Source of the DNA: Eledone cirrhosa | Lineage: Eukaryota | Length of the DNA: 64,000 nucleotides | NCBI GenBank assembly: GCA_964016885.1 | Contig: OZ024740.1 | Coordinates: 437,906,001 to 437,970,000, forward strand | Direction of reading: 5' to 3' | Part shown: piece by piece, positions 34,617 through 54,384 of the stretch | Layout of the letters: each line of letters opens with the position of its first letter | Numbering within the stretch: position 1 is the stretch's first letter | The notes under the pieces: model-generated | What the model saw: the letters and a program-made list of their open reading frames with translations, nothing else | What the model was told of the DNA's origin: nothing | Databases searched by the model: none | Program-made: the position numbers and the translations under genes

Positions 34617-35962
34617 TATTCCCCCTCTCTCTATATATATCTTACGCTTTCGCTTTACACTCCTCCCCTTCAATAACACATTTCCCCCTCTCTATATATC
34701 TCTTCCACTGTTACTTACGCCTGTTTCTCTCTATCTGTTCCGTCTCTATATATATCTCTCTTACTCTTTGCACTCCTCCCCTTCAATACCATCTCTCCCC
34801 CTCTCTATATATTTGTTACTCTATCGCTGCACGCTCCTCTCCTTCAATATATCAATTACACACGCTTTACACTCCTTTATCCCCAGCGCCCCTATATATA
34901 CACCCCCCTCCCGCATCTATATTTTAATGTTCCGTTGCACCGTGAATATATGTGTCTATATATATATACATATATATTGTATATACACATTCATGTATGT
35001 GTATACACACTCATGTATGTATATACACTGGTTTTATGTGTGTATTGTAAATTTGTACTGTTAAAACACGAAACTAACATTCGATTGACACTTTGATTAC
35101 CTGTACAGGCAATAGTTATTAGAATGCTGTTGAAGTGTGTATATATTTTTGGGGGACATCCTGTATATACACACATTATATATAATACAATAAACAGATA
35201 AATACACACATATATATATGAGCTTATTTAATTATAAATATTGTGAATTTTTAACTCAGTTCAATTATATATATAAATGGCTTCTACAGGACTAGAACTG
35301 TTTCATTCGAAAGAAATCATCATAATATTGAGAGGGGGGACTAGATAAAATATTTCAAATCAAATGTGTATAAGTTATAAGTTAAAATGTATAAATAGAG
35401 ACGATAGTGGAGGTATATCTGTTTAGTGGAACAGTAGACGATAGAATTAAATACAGACGAGAATCTCCCTTTAATGAAACAGCAGACGATAGAATTAAGG
35501 CAATTTAAATTTTAAGCATTTGCCTTTCATCGTTACGGGGTCGATAAAATAAAGTACCAGTAATACACTGTCACTATAAGTAGACGACTTTCAAATTGAA
35601 TTGTTGGTTCCATTTCTTTAGTATTTTCAATTGTAGTTATCTACTTAAAAAGCGTTACACGGTTAGAGACATAATTGGTAAGTTATATCTTCCCTATTAA
35701 ACCATTGCATTATTTCGCCTACAATAGAACAAAAATGAAATGTTCTTTAAAGAAACAGGAATATAACTTTATAAAAAAAAAAGTTGCATCCGCTTCTTTT
35801 ATCATTGATAATTTTTTCGTTTTAATATTAATTGTTTTTTGTAGTTGTTTATATTAAAAATCTTACTGTAATATTTACTTAAACGAAGGCAGACATCTAA
35901 ACTTATAGATTAATCTTGAGCGAAGGACTAGATAAATCTCTCTCTCTCTCTCAACAAAGAAT

Positions 35963-36137
35963 GATAACATTTCAAGCAAAGAGTTTAATTAGGTAATGAC
36001 TTACAAATTTGTTTCAGTATATCTTTAATATAATATTATTAACTAATTATTATAATTAGCGCTTCAGGCTTTGTCTATATACTGAAACAAATTTGTAAGT
36101 CATTACCTAATTAAACTCTTTGCTTGAAATTTTATCA
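35963..36137. repeat. Inverted repeat with ~58-bp arms
   Basis: ATTTCAAGCAAAGAG...TTTCAGTATA and TATACTGAAA...CTCTTTGCTTGAAAT. Confidence 0.8.
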
Positions 36138-36235
36138 CTCTTCGTTTTGAATTTCTCCTAAGTATTCAATACTCTGTTGAGAAATACATTTTACATAAAC
36201 AGTCTTTGTACCATTTATACGGTATTAATTACTTA

Positions 36236-36284
<49 letters not shown>

Positions 36285-36450
36285 CGTATGATTAGAACTG
36301 TGTTTATTATTAATATTTTAATGGATTTAATGAAAAATTTTAGGTGTTCATATATATATTCTAAAAATGCGCGAAATCGTGAATCCGCGATAGTTGAACC
36401 GCCAAGTAGCGAGGTATCACTGTATATATGTTTAAATATATAGTGTAGCT

Positions 36451-36915
36451 GTGATGTATCTCGCGAGTGAATCGAGACCTGTCACTGATTTTGGTGTCCC
36501 CACTGCCGATGTGAATGAGCAACGCTGCACTTGTGAATTGGGTCTTGATGTTGCAGGCAGTTCATATACTTACAATGATGCGGTCCCACAAGCTTGTTCA
36601 CATTCCTGTGCTAATAATCTAGATGGGCGTATTAAATTGGATGTGAAAGCAGCTTACCGGATGCGGAATCGGGAGAAGTTGAGACAAAAACAGGCCGATT
36701 ATAGAGCTGTGAATTTTGCTAAATTAACACAAAAACAGGCCAAGTATAGATGTTCAAAACGGTATGAGTTGGCAAACAAGCAGGCCATGTATAGATCTGC
36801 AAATTCAGCTATTATATCTCAAAAGCAAGCCGAGCGTAGAGCTTCTAAACGTACCGAGTTAGCTAAAGAGCAGACCAAGTACAGATCTGCAAATATCTTA
36901 TTGCACAAACAATAA
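36451..36915 (+). CDS. Unassigned ORF with ~15-aa basic repeats (KQA.YR..N), probably transposon-derived
   Basis: Five periodic K(E)QA/T..R repeats. No ATG-context or splice support was established. Confidence 0.35.
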   Translation: MMYLASESRPVTDFGVPTADVNEQRCTCELGLDVAGSSYTYNDAVPQACSHSCANNLDGRIKLDVKAAYRMRNREKLRQKQADYRAVNFAKLTQKQAKYRCSKRYELANKQAMYRSANSAIISQKQAERRASKRTELAKEQTKYRSANILLHKQ

Positions 36916-36944
36916 TTCTGCACAAATGTTGCTCCATTATTTTG

Positions 36945-37120
36945 GCAGTATTGGTAGAGGGTCGGATGCCATGCTTTCCAGCATAGTTACGTCCCTTTAC
37001 GATCTGAGTTCAAATCCTGCCGAGGTTGACTTTGCCTTTCATCCTTACGGGGTAGATAAAATAAAGTACCAGTAATGCACTGGGTAATTGCTGGCCTTGT
37101 GCCTAAAGTAGAAACAATTA
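36945..37120 (+). mobile_element. tRNA-derived SINE (other copies at 38418-38600 and partial at 35515-35570)
   Basis: B-box GAGTTCAAATCC, then the conserved GACTTTGCCTTTCATCCTTACGGGGT.GATAAAATAAAGTACCAG core repeated three times in the window. Confidence 0.75.
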
Positions 37121-37289
37121 TTAGATCTAATGTTGCAACGATACAGTTAAATGTTGTCTGTGTATTTTAAAAAAGATTTGCTTATAATCTTTTCAAATTT
37201 CATTACGCCAATGATTCAAGCTCAAATTGACATTATCTAAAAAATTGTACAAACAGCGGTGGATTAGCAGTAGTGAACAGATAAATCAG

Positions 37290-37960
37290 TCAATTTATTA
37301 AGATTGACTTGGCATCAATCAGCAAGACCTTCATTAGCTGCTCTCCAGCCATCTATTTAAAGCTGTATACATCTATGGTACGAATACACTTGGAGTTCGC
37401 GTCATCAGTCTGGAACCCCTATCTTGCTCAGAACATTGACCTCCTGGAAACTGTTCAGAGACATGCAACCAAGCGCATACCCTCCATCAGACACCTACCA
37501 TACCCTGAATATTTTGCTTCCCTCTGGCAATGGACTTGGTAAACACCCACAAAGTTATTAACCATCCGACCAACAACAACCCCGAACACCTTTTTGATCT
37601 CCATGTGTCTAACACGTGGACATGCCTACAAAGTCAGAAAACAACACAGCTCCCATGACTTTAGGAAATATTTATTCATGCTCAGAGTTGCTGAAGGATG
37701 GAACAAACTTCCTGCATCAGTTGTTAGCTGATGACACACTGCATCCTTTAAAACCATCATACATTCCGAAATACACCAAAACTACACCTGATGTCCCCCT
37801 TCCATACACATGCACATATGTGTATATCATGACTCATGCACTGTTCTTTTTTCCTGACGTTTTTATATTACCCTATGTATTATATATGCACTTTTGATGA
37901 GTTGTAGTGCACCTCAGCATTGTACACAATATTTTCATTATTATTATCATTATTATTATT
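37290..37960 (+). mobile_element. CR1-group LINE 3' end
   Basis: LYTSMVRIHLEFASSVWNPY...LETVQRHATKRIP, a degenerate TRGH motif and an (ATT)n tail. Confidence 0.85.
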
Positions 37961-39154
37961 ACACTCATTGATCCATTTTGCACTAACTCTGCATCAAGCA
38001 CCCTCACCTAAATATTAACCAATCAAGGATCCAATACAGCTATCTGTTGGATGAGTATTGTATAGTGCCAAAAACGAAACCAATCAGTTTAGCAGAAAGT
38101 TTCCAGACAAGAAACACGCATATTTTGCTATCCTCAAACACGTTTACACATGGCATGAAATATAACTAATCCGAGATGGCTAGGTTTCATCTTCTAATTG
38201 GATATACGAAATCCATTATGTCTTGACAACAACATGAGGTAACATTATGTTATTCACAGACACACTTTGTACACTGTTCCATATCAGAATGTATTTCCTT
38301 CGTCACATTCACAAACAGTATTGAAAATATGTTCTTCGGCAAATAAAAATGTTTTGTTCATAATATTTCAACTAGCGATTGCTCTACTCCACGCACGACC
38401 ACCATAAATTAATGACCAGCTCAACACAAGTATTGGTAGAGCGTCAGACACCATGCTTTGCAGTATTGTTATGGTCCTTTGCATTCTAAGTTCAAATCCT
38501 GCCGAGGTTAACTTCGACTTTCATACTTACTAATTCGATAAAATAAAGTACCAGTAATGGACTGCCGTAATGGATTTGTGCCGAAAAATAGAAACACTAT
38601 TAATGTGCAATAAGAGCAAAATATAACGACATTGCTCAATTATTTTATCTAATGTTGTAATAACACAAGGAAATGTTGTTTGTGTATTTTTTTTTATATT
38701 TGCTCATAGGCTTTTACAATTTCGCTCAGCCAACAACTATTAAAAAGTGAGTTGCTTAAGATAACAATTTAATCACAAATTGTTGCTATCTTTTAATACA
38801 CTCCAACAAGTCATCAAATTATGTACAATAAAAACAAATCTTATTAATTTGCTCAGGGAATATAAAGAAAATGTATATACACTGATAATTGCAATTGTAT
38901 GTAAATATTTTGTTTTTGTATTGTTTATTTTATGTTTTCTATTATGTATAATATATTGATTTAATATTGATTGTTTTTTGTAGTTGTTTATATTAAAAGT
39001 CTGAAAATATTTTTATACATCTTACACTAATATTTATAAGATAATTTATAATAACAATTACATAATCTAATTACATTACAACGATAATTTATTATTAATA
39101 TATATCCTGTTTAACTAGAGTTATTACAAGCGTTGCCCTAAAAAAATATTAAAC

Positions 39155-40097
39155 TAGACATGAAAAATGCGCAAGCTCAAAAGTGCCACAGAATGTTATA
39201 ATAAACCTTCAACTAGAGTTGTTGCTAAAAATATTGTAATCATTATATATCGTACATTCTGTGGCATCCTTTATAAAAATAGCTTAAACCAACGAAGCCT
39301 TTATTTTTACGCTATTTCACTTAGTTAATTCTTAGAGTGTAACATATAAAAATAAATACATCTATGTTTAATGTAATAACAGCTATAAATAATTACGTAA
39401 TATTATTATCATATACTCATAGTAACAAAATAATTGTGTTGAAAATTAATATGATGCTTATATGAACGATCAAATCTATAATGATAATTTCTTAAATATA
39501 CTAATAGTAAAATAATTTAGTTATCTATTGTTACATTTTCATAGAACTATAATATTAACAATCGTATTGCATTATCAAATTTTTATCACTACAAACTTTC
39601 ATATTGGAATTACCTTAAGCCACTTATTATTACTTCGCTTTCGTACTTTTACAGCTGTAGATATTGCGCTGTATCTTATATCTAATATCAATATCTCATG
39701 GTAATTTGCATGCAGTGTAAAATAGGTTTATTAATAACTTTAATATGAAATGTATTATACAGGGCTGCGGAGTCGGCCAAAAATTGACTGGCTCCAACTC
39801 AGGATCCGATACTCCATTATTTCCTAAATTTCAGCTCCGCAGCTCTGTTATTATATTAATTAATTTATTTTATAGTTGTAAATCATATTTTTATATGTTA
39901 CACTCTAAGAATTAACTAAGTGAAATAGCGTAAAAATAAAGGCTTCGTTGGTTTAAGCTATTTTTATAAAGGATGCCACAGAATGTACGATATATAATGA
40001 TTACAATATTTTTTAGCAACAACTCTAGTCCCACACTTTTGAAGGTTTATTATAACATTCTGTGGCACTTTTGAGCTTGCGCATTTTTCATGTCTAG
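39155..40097. repeat. Foldback-like structure with ~200-bp inverted arms
   Basis: 39155-39352 is the reverse complement of ~39887-40097, apart from a 10-bp indel. Confidence 0.8.
39760..39846. mobile_element. Tiny hAT-like MITE
   Basis: TIRs CAGGGCTGCGGAG / CTCCGCAGCTCTG with a near-identical 8-bp flank (GTATTATA / TTATTATA). Confidence 0.55.
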
Positions 40098-40134
40098 TAT
40101 AGTATATATGTATATATATTTATATATATATATA

Positions 40135-40371
40135 TATGTAGATAAATCTACCAAAAGTTTACGGTAGTGTCCAATCCGTATGAAGAACTCAATGTAATCC
40201 GGATATCATGAAAAGAAGAGATGCATTAAAAAATCACTTTCGGTGAAAGATAAACGGAATACAGAGTCAAGATAAATTATTAAAAAAATAATGAATAAAC
40301 AAAGAAACAGTTCCTTATATTAAACAAAAAAAGTTCATTATTTTACGATCGTTTCTAGGACATATATGTGT

Positions 40372-40372
<1 letters not shown>
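40135..40372 (-). mobile_element. Solo terminal fragment of the Penelope-like element ending at 55545
   Basis: Reverse complement of 55320-55547. Includes the GAAA-CGATCG-TA half of the hammerhead. Confidence 0.8.
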
Positions 40373-40403
<31 letters not shown>

Positions 40404-40414
40404 TATATGTATAT

Positions 40415-40550
40415 CATTTCATTTTTTCATTTCATTTTACGTCCGCTTTTCCCTGCTTGCAAGAGTGGGACGGGAACTGATTCTGGGTTGATTTCTACAG
40501 TTGGATGCCCTTCCTAACACCAACCTCATTTACAGTGAGTGCTGGGTGCT
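40415..40550 (-). mobile_element. SINE 3' fragment sharing its tail with the RTE LINE at 24330-27032
   Basis: TTACGTCCGCTTTTCCCTGCTTGCAAGAGTGGGACGGG is the reverse complement of 26965-27002 with one mismatch. It is joined to the GGAAGGGCATCCA body. Confidence 0.7.
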
Positions 40551-40579
40551 CTATATATATATATATGTATATATATATA

Positions 40580-40651
<72 letters not shown>

Positions 40652-40657
<6 letters not shown>

Positions 40658-41312
40658 CAAATAACGAAACGAAATTAAATTTCGTTTCGTTTGTAACTCA
40701 CTTTTGTATGACTGACGCTTAAACAATTAAGTTAAAAATGTACATCCATATATGTATACTGAAATACTAGTATGCATATGAATACACACACGTATTCATA
40801 TGCATACTAGTATTTCAGTATACATATATGGATGTACATTTTTAACTTAATTGTTTAAGCGTCAGTCATACAAAAGTGAGTTACAAACGAAACGAAATTT
40901 AATTTCGTTTCGTTATTTGTTTTTATCGTCTCCGTTGAACCGGTACGTACTCACACTCTATGCAAATTAGTCTGCCCACTACTAATTTTCATAGAAAAAG
41001 CATATAACGATATGTGCTTTTACGATTCTCCAGAAAGGCCGGTAGATAGGTAAATATTGCTGATGAGTTGTAACAACAACGAAACTAGTTCAATATTCCT
41101 TGTCTGGCTTTCTGGAGAATAGAGGAAACGTGTTTCCTCAAAAACCAGTATGACTCTAAAAACCGGTTTGTCTGTGTGTTTACATACAGAATAGCTGGAT
41201 ACTCACAGTAAAGTAACCAGTGAAAGACTTGGTACATCTACATATGTATATGTGTGTTGATTCATATGCATACTAGTATTTCAGTATACATATATGGATG
41301 TACATTTTTAAC

Positions 41313-41317
<5 letters not shown>
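40652..41317 (+). mobile_element. Second 466-bp-period hammerhead element (~1.1 units plus inverted 5' arm)
   Basis: Direct repeat at 40794 and 41260 (466 apart). 40652-40783 is inverted relative to 40794-40925. Hammerhead at 41053-41097: AATATTG CTGATGA GTTGT AACA ACAAC GAAA CTA GTT CAATATT. Confidence 0.85.
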
Positions 41318-41360
<43 letters not shown>

Positions 41361-41362
<2 letters not shown>

Positions 41363-42325
41363 GCTCCCCCATTCTCTCTGTTTCTCCTACCTTCTTTCGC
41401 CCCCTCTGTCATGTCAGTTAACTCTTCCTCACACTTTCACTCACTCACTGTTTCTCCTCTCTTCATTTCATCCTGTATACCACGAAGGCTATTTTTCTCT
41501 CTGCTCACATGGCCATCGTTCGTGTAAGGTCTTTTTTCTAAAACGCTCATATATTCACCTAGCTTATGCTAAACAGAATAATTATGAAGCTTGTTTCATT
41601 CCCCTACGGTTAGCTCTACTCTTTGTTGTTCTCCTGTCTCACTCGCTTTACGCGTTTTAATTGTCCTAATAACTTATTTTAGTTATTATTGCACCGACGT
41701 GAGGTATATGATTTTTAATGCAATGAAATATCTATGATCGTCGGCAAATCACTGATGAGGGACTCATTTTATTACATGTTATCCATGCGCTACCTGCAGT
41801 ATTTTTCTCCATAATTTATTACATATATTTACCCAAACTGCGATTCTGTGTTTTACTCTCTCTCTCTTACTGCTCCCCCATTCTCTCTGTTTTTCCTACC
41901 TTCTTTCGCACCCTCTGTCATGTCAGGTAACTCTTCCTCACACTTTCACTCACTCACTGTTTCTCCTCTCTTCATTTCATCCTGTACAACACGAAGGCTA
42001 TTTTTCTCTCTTCTCACATGGCCATCGTTCGTGTAAGGTCTTTTTTCTAAAGCGCTCATATATTCACCTAGCTTATGCTAAACAGAATAATTATGAAGCT
42101 TGTTTCATTCCCCTACGGTTAGCTATACTCTTTGTTGTTCTTCTGTCTCACTCGCTTTACGCGTTTTAATTGTCCTAATAACTTATTTTAGTTATTATTG
42201 CACCGACGTGAGGTATATGATTTTTAATGCAATGAAATATCTATGATCGTCGGCAAATCACTGATGAGGGACTCATTTTATTACATGTTATCCATGCGCT
42301 ACCTGCAGTATTTTTCTCCATAATT

Positions 42326-42330
<5 letters not shown>
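41361..42330. repeat. ~510-bp tandem repeat, ~1.9 units, flanked by (TA)n
   Basis: 41361-41821 recurs at 41871-42330. Confidence 0.9.
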
Positions 42331-42365
<35 letters not shown>

Positions 42366-42370
<5 letters not shown>

Positions 42371-43289
42371 AGTATGCATGTATACGTACATACATATATG
42401 TATACAGACGTACAGTAGCATGCACATATATATATATATATATACATATATACATACATATGCATACAGGTACACATACATATATGCACGTATCAGTTTA
42501 GCGGCGTTTTCGGTATGCCTGACCGATTTAACTCACTCAATATGCAAATTAGGCTGCTCAGCCGTTAATTTTCATAAGGAAAGTATATACTTTCGAACGT
42601 TCAACTATCTGGCAGATGGGTAAACGGTGCTGATGATAGCTAACAAGCTTGAAACTAGTACATCGTTCCTGTGTCAGTGTTGAACAAAAAGGTGACGTGG
42701 TTGCCTTAACACCGTATGGCATAAATTCAGGCTGTTCAGTTTGTTTACAAACGAACAAAGCGACGTTAGCGCCGCTAAACTGATACGTGCATATATGTAT
42801 GTGTACCTGTATGCATATGTATGTATATATGTATATATATATATATGTGCATGCTACTGTACGTCTGTATACATATATGTATGTACGTATACATGCATAC
42901 TTACATTTAAGTAAGTGCCATACTAAGAGTGAGAAATGAAATTTCGTTTTCATTTTGTTTCAATTTATCGTTTTCGGTATGCCTGACCGATTTAACTCAC
43001 TCAATATGCAAATTAGGCTGCTCAGCCGTTAATTTTCATAAGGAAAGTATATACTTTCGAACGTTCAACTATCTGGCAGATGGGTAAACGGTGCTGATGA
43101 TAGCTAACAAGCTTGAAACTAGTACATCGTTCCTGTGTCAGTGTTGAACAAAAAGGTGACGTGGTTGCCTTAACACCGTATGGCATAAATTCAGGCTGTT
43201 CAGTTTGTTTACAAACGAACAAAGCGACGTTAGCGCCGCTAAACTGATACGTGCATATATGTATGTGTACCTGTATGCATATGTATGTA

Positions 43290-43329
<40 letters not shown>

Positions 43330-43447
43330 CATGCTACTGTACGTCTGTATACATATATGTATGTACGTATACATGCATACTTACATTTAAGTAAGTGCCA
43401 TACTAAGAGTGAGAAATGAAATTTCGTTTTCATTTTGTTTCAATTTA
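42366..43447 (+). repeat. Hammerhead tandem repeat, insertion 1: 140-bp inverted arm plus two ~464-bp units
   Basis: Hammerheads at 42624-42666 and 43088-43130. The orientation switch at ~42506 has CG microhomology. Confidence 0.92.
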
Positions 43448-43451
43448 TATA

Positions 43452-43595
<144 letters not shown>

Positions 43596-43630
43596 TATAT
43601 GTATATATAAGTATATATATATATGTATAT

Positions 43631-49598
<5,968 letters not shown>

Positions 49599-49613
49599 AT
49601 ATATATATATATT

Positions 49614-49644
<31 letters not shown>

Positions 49645-49659
49645 ATGTATATATATATT

Positions 49660-49742
<83 letters not shown>

Positions 49743-49771
49743 GTATATATATGTATGTATATATGTATATA

Positions 49772-49809
<38 letters not shown>

Positions 49810-49884
49810 AATATATATATATATATGTAAGTATGCATGTATACGTACATACATATATGTATACAGACGTACAGTAGCATGCAC

Positions 49885-52075
49885 TCCTGAACAAAGCATT
49901 AATATTTGCTAAAAATAGATCTAATTTAACTTCGGATGACATTAACATTATTACACATGCTAGACTAACACTTATTGAATTTCAGAATGAATACTGGACC
50001 AGAAACACATACAGTAATCTTTTTGATATTACTATGGGTTCAAGCGATTCCGCCCAAATTACTGATCTTGTGGGCCTCTTTCTCCTTTTCAACATAAATG
50101 CCTCTTTTCCCCACCTCAAAGGTGGTTTATATCGTGATGACTGTCTTCTTCTTTCTAACAACCTTAGCCTTTCAGAAATCGAAAAAAACAAAAAACATAT
50201 TAGAACTTTCCTTAAAGACTATTATAATCTTAATATTACTTTTGAAAAAACAAGTAAAGTAGTAAATTTCCTAGATATAACTTTAGATTTAGCTACGGGT
50301 ATATACCAACCTTACCATAAACCTAACCAAAACTTACATTACATACACTCACAATCTAATCACCCTAAATCTATCCTTAAAAACCTTGCATATAATATAT
50401 CACTTAGAATTTCTAACCTTTCTTCTAACCAAGATGTATTTGATAAAAATGCGACCTTTTATAATGAAGCTCTAGATAGAAGTGGCCACAAAAATAGATT
50501 AGAGTATATACCTTCTACTAAAAATACTGAAAGCATACAGCATAATATTACCAACAAACACCAAATGAAAAGTACACACCTAAATGCCACCCACAATATA
50601 CCCCAAAATACTAAATCTTCTAATATAAAGTATAGTAACCCTCAAAAAACTACTCATCATACAACTATAATAAATATTAATAATAAAACTCCTAATAAAA
50701 AAGATAAAACACCTAAATCTACAAATATAACTAAAAATAGTTGTGGTGAGATCATTAACATTAATCCTCCTAGTAAAAATCATGATACAACCTATAAAAA
50801 TAATAAAAATAATAAACAACATAGAAACCGTAATAGACGAGTTACTTGGTATAATGCTCCTTTTAATTTACAAGTTAAGGATAATATTGCTAAAAAATTT
50901 TTTTATATCCTTGAGAAAAACTTCCCGCCAAACCACAAATACCATCAAATCTTAAATAGGTCTACAGTTAAATTCTCATACTCTACAACAAATAACATAA
51001 AACAAAATATAAGTGCATATAATGCATATAAATGTAAGAAAACCATAAGTATACCACCAGTACATCAAATTAACAATAATATCTCCTCAAATACAGAATT
51101 AACGAAAGGATGTAACTGTAGAAACAAAACAAACTGCCCATTAAAAGGGAATTGTCTTGTTAACAACATAGTCTATAAATGTAATGTTAAAACTAAAGAT
51201 TCTATTTGCTCATATATAGGAGCTACCTCTAACAATTTTAAGACAAGGTTTAATACCCACAAGCATAGTTTTAAAAATGCCGCACTGGCTAATACAACAT
51301 CTCTAGCAGAAAAAATCAATAGTTATAAAAATAAGAATATAAAATATGATTTGACCTGGAGTGTGCTTAAAAGAGCCACCCCTTATCAAAATAATAGAAA
51401 GGAATGTAGATTATGTTCCCAAGAACTATTTGAAATAATGAGGTCTAAGGATATCTTATTAAATAAACGACAGGAATTAATTATATCGTGTAATCATAAA
51501 CTAAAAAAAAAACATTTAAATATTATAAACCTAATTAATAACATTATTCTAGAAATTAATTTAATTTAAATGTTAGTTAACCTATAAATTTAATTTAATT
51601 AATATTTTATTACAGATGAGAAAATATTATGTAATCATAAATTGTGAAAAACCTTTAAATATTACTAATATATACTTAGTAATTTAATTTATAGATTAAT
51701 TTTAATTTATTTAAACCTTTTATTATAATTCTTTTACAGATAAAATATAGCAAAATAATATCATGTTTCCAATGACGGAGAAATAATTTTTAGTATTATA
51801 GACCTAATTAATATACATTTTGGAAATATATTTATTATTTGGTTTTAGTTTTAATCAACCTAAAAATTTTAATTTTAATTTGCTTAAAATTAGTATCCTT
51901 ATACAGACGAATTGCAGAATGTCATGTAATCATAGAATGGGATGTGTTTTGGATATATACCTAGTTAATATATTCTGTGCAATTTTTTGAAAAAGATATG
52001 TATATGTATATGTGTATGTATATATGTGTGTGTTATGTATGTGTATCTGTATGTATGTATATATGTGTATATATG

Positions 52076-52114
<39 letters not shown>

Positions 52115-53439
52115 GTGTGTATATGTATGTATATGTGTATGTGTAAGTATATGTATATGTATGCGTATTAATTTTGATTTCTATTTGCATATAATTATAT
52201 TATGCTATTGATGAAATACAATATCTGCTTTATGTATTGTATACCTAATTAACATATACTAATTAAAGTATACTATTGAAATAAATATATAATTTTTAAT
52301 TTAGTTAACATATAATTTATATGCTACTACCGATGTAATACTTTATTTTATTTTTATTTGGGTTTCTTTTCCCTATTACTAAATTCATCTCCTAATATTG
52401 ATACCATAACGTTATTAACTTTAATTTAGTTATACTGTAATTAATAATCTACTACTGTTTGACTTCAAAATTCTGCTTCAAATATTATAAACCTAACTAA
52501 TTTACACCTTAGAAATCAATATGTTGACTATCTTTGGTTTAGTTAACATATGATTAATGGTATACTTACTTATTTATTTTGAGATGCATAGATTTCGTAT
52601 TTCCTAGCACTGAAAATATGTAAGAACATACATTGAATTAAGATACGGAAAATATTATATGTTTCTTGAAACATATATTTACTTTGATCCCCTTCTCCAA
52701 ACCCTCCCTTTCCCCCATACTATTATCATCTGTATTTGTAAGCGTCTATGTATGAATATATATGTAGGTAGGTGTCTATATAGGTTTGGGTATTTATATC
52801 TAAATATAAAAATACATATATGAGCATGCAAATATGAATGTAAGATTGTGTGTGTATATATGATTGTACATACATGTGTGTGTATATATATGTATATATA
52901 TGCATTATATATGTATGTGTATGTGAATGTGTTGTATGTATATGTGTATGTATGTGTATATATGTGTATGTATGTGTATGCTTGTATATATAGGAATATA
53001 TATATGTGTATATATGTATGTATATGTATATGCGTGTATGTATGTATGTGTATGTGTGTTGTGTGTATATATATGTATGTCTCTCTATTTATATGTTTAT
53101 CTTCGTATCTATGTGATATATGTGTGTGTGTGTGCACGTATGCATATGTATGTGTTTGTGTGTGTTTGTATGTGTGTGTGTATATATGTGTATGTGCGCA
53201 GACACACATACACATATATATATATATATATGTGAGTGTGTATGTGTGTCTGTGTGTGTGTGTGTGTGTGTATGTGTATATATATATATATATATGTGTG
53301 TATATGTATATATATATATAGATATATATATATATATATATATATATAGGTGTCTATGTGTGAATATATGTCTTTATTCGTATGTGTGTATTTATGTATG
53401 TATATATTTATGTGTATGTATGTATGTGTATGTATGTAT

Positions 53440-53471
<32 letters not shown>

Positions 53472-53634
53472 GTATATATATATATGTATATTATTCTTTA
53501 TTATTATAATATAACTTATGTGTATATGTGTATAAGTGAGGTTGTGTATGTATATATAATATGTGTATATATAAGAGTAATAAAATATATATATATATAT
53601 ATATGTGCATGTCTGTTTTTTATGTGTGTGTATG

Positions 53635-53666
<32 letters not shown>

Positions 53667-53806
53667 TATATACGTGTGTGTATATAGATATATATGTATA
53701 TACATGCATGTGGGTGTTTGTATGTGTATTTATGGTGGTATGTGTGTGTGGATATATATGTTTATATATGTATATATATATATATATGTATGAGTCTATG
53801 TGTGTG

Positions 53807-53842
<36 letters not shown>

Positions 53843-54184
53843 TGTATGTGTATATGTGTGTGTGTATATATATATATATGTGTATGTATGTGTGTATATA
53901 TATATATCTCTATTAATGCGTGTGTGTATGTATATACATATGCCTTTTTATTATTATTTTTTATTATTATTTTTATTTGTATGTCTGAGTTTGGTGAAGT
54001 TGTATTATTTTTTATGTATATACACATATATGGAAGCGTATGTATTTATATATATGAGTATAAGTAGGTGCATATGTATGTATGATTATATATCTAATTC
54101 TATGTATGAAGGTACATCTATATATATATATATATATACGTGTGTATGTAAGTTGTGTGTGTATGTATCTATATGTCTATGTGA

Positions 54185-54234
<50 letters not shown>

Positions 54235-54325
54235 CGATGTGCGTATATGTATGTACATGTATGTACATGTATGTGTGTATGTATGTGTATGTATATTTAG
54301 ATGTATGTGTATGTATATGTATATG

Positions 54326-54384
<59 letters not shown>

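Noticed and set aside
35993-36072. Minus-strand CTGAAGC...GAAACAAATTTGTA as a hammerhead
   Set aside because: The core is mutated and there is no stem I. At best it is a relic.
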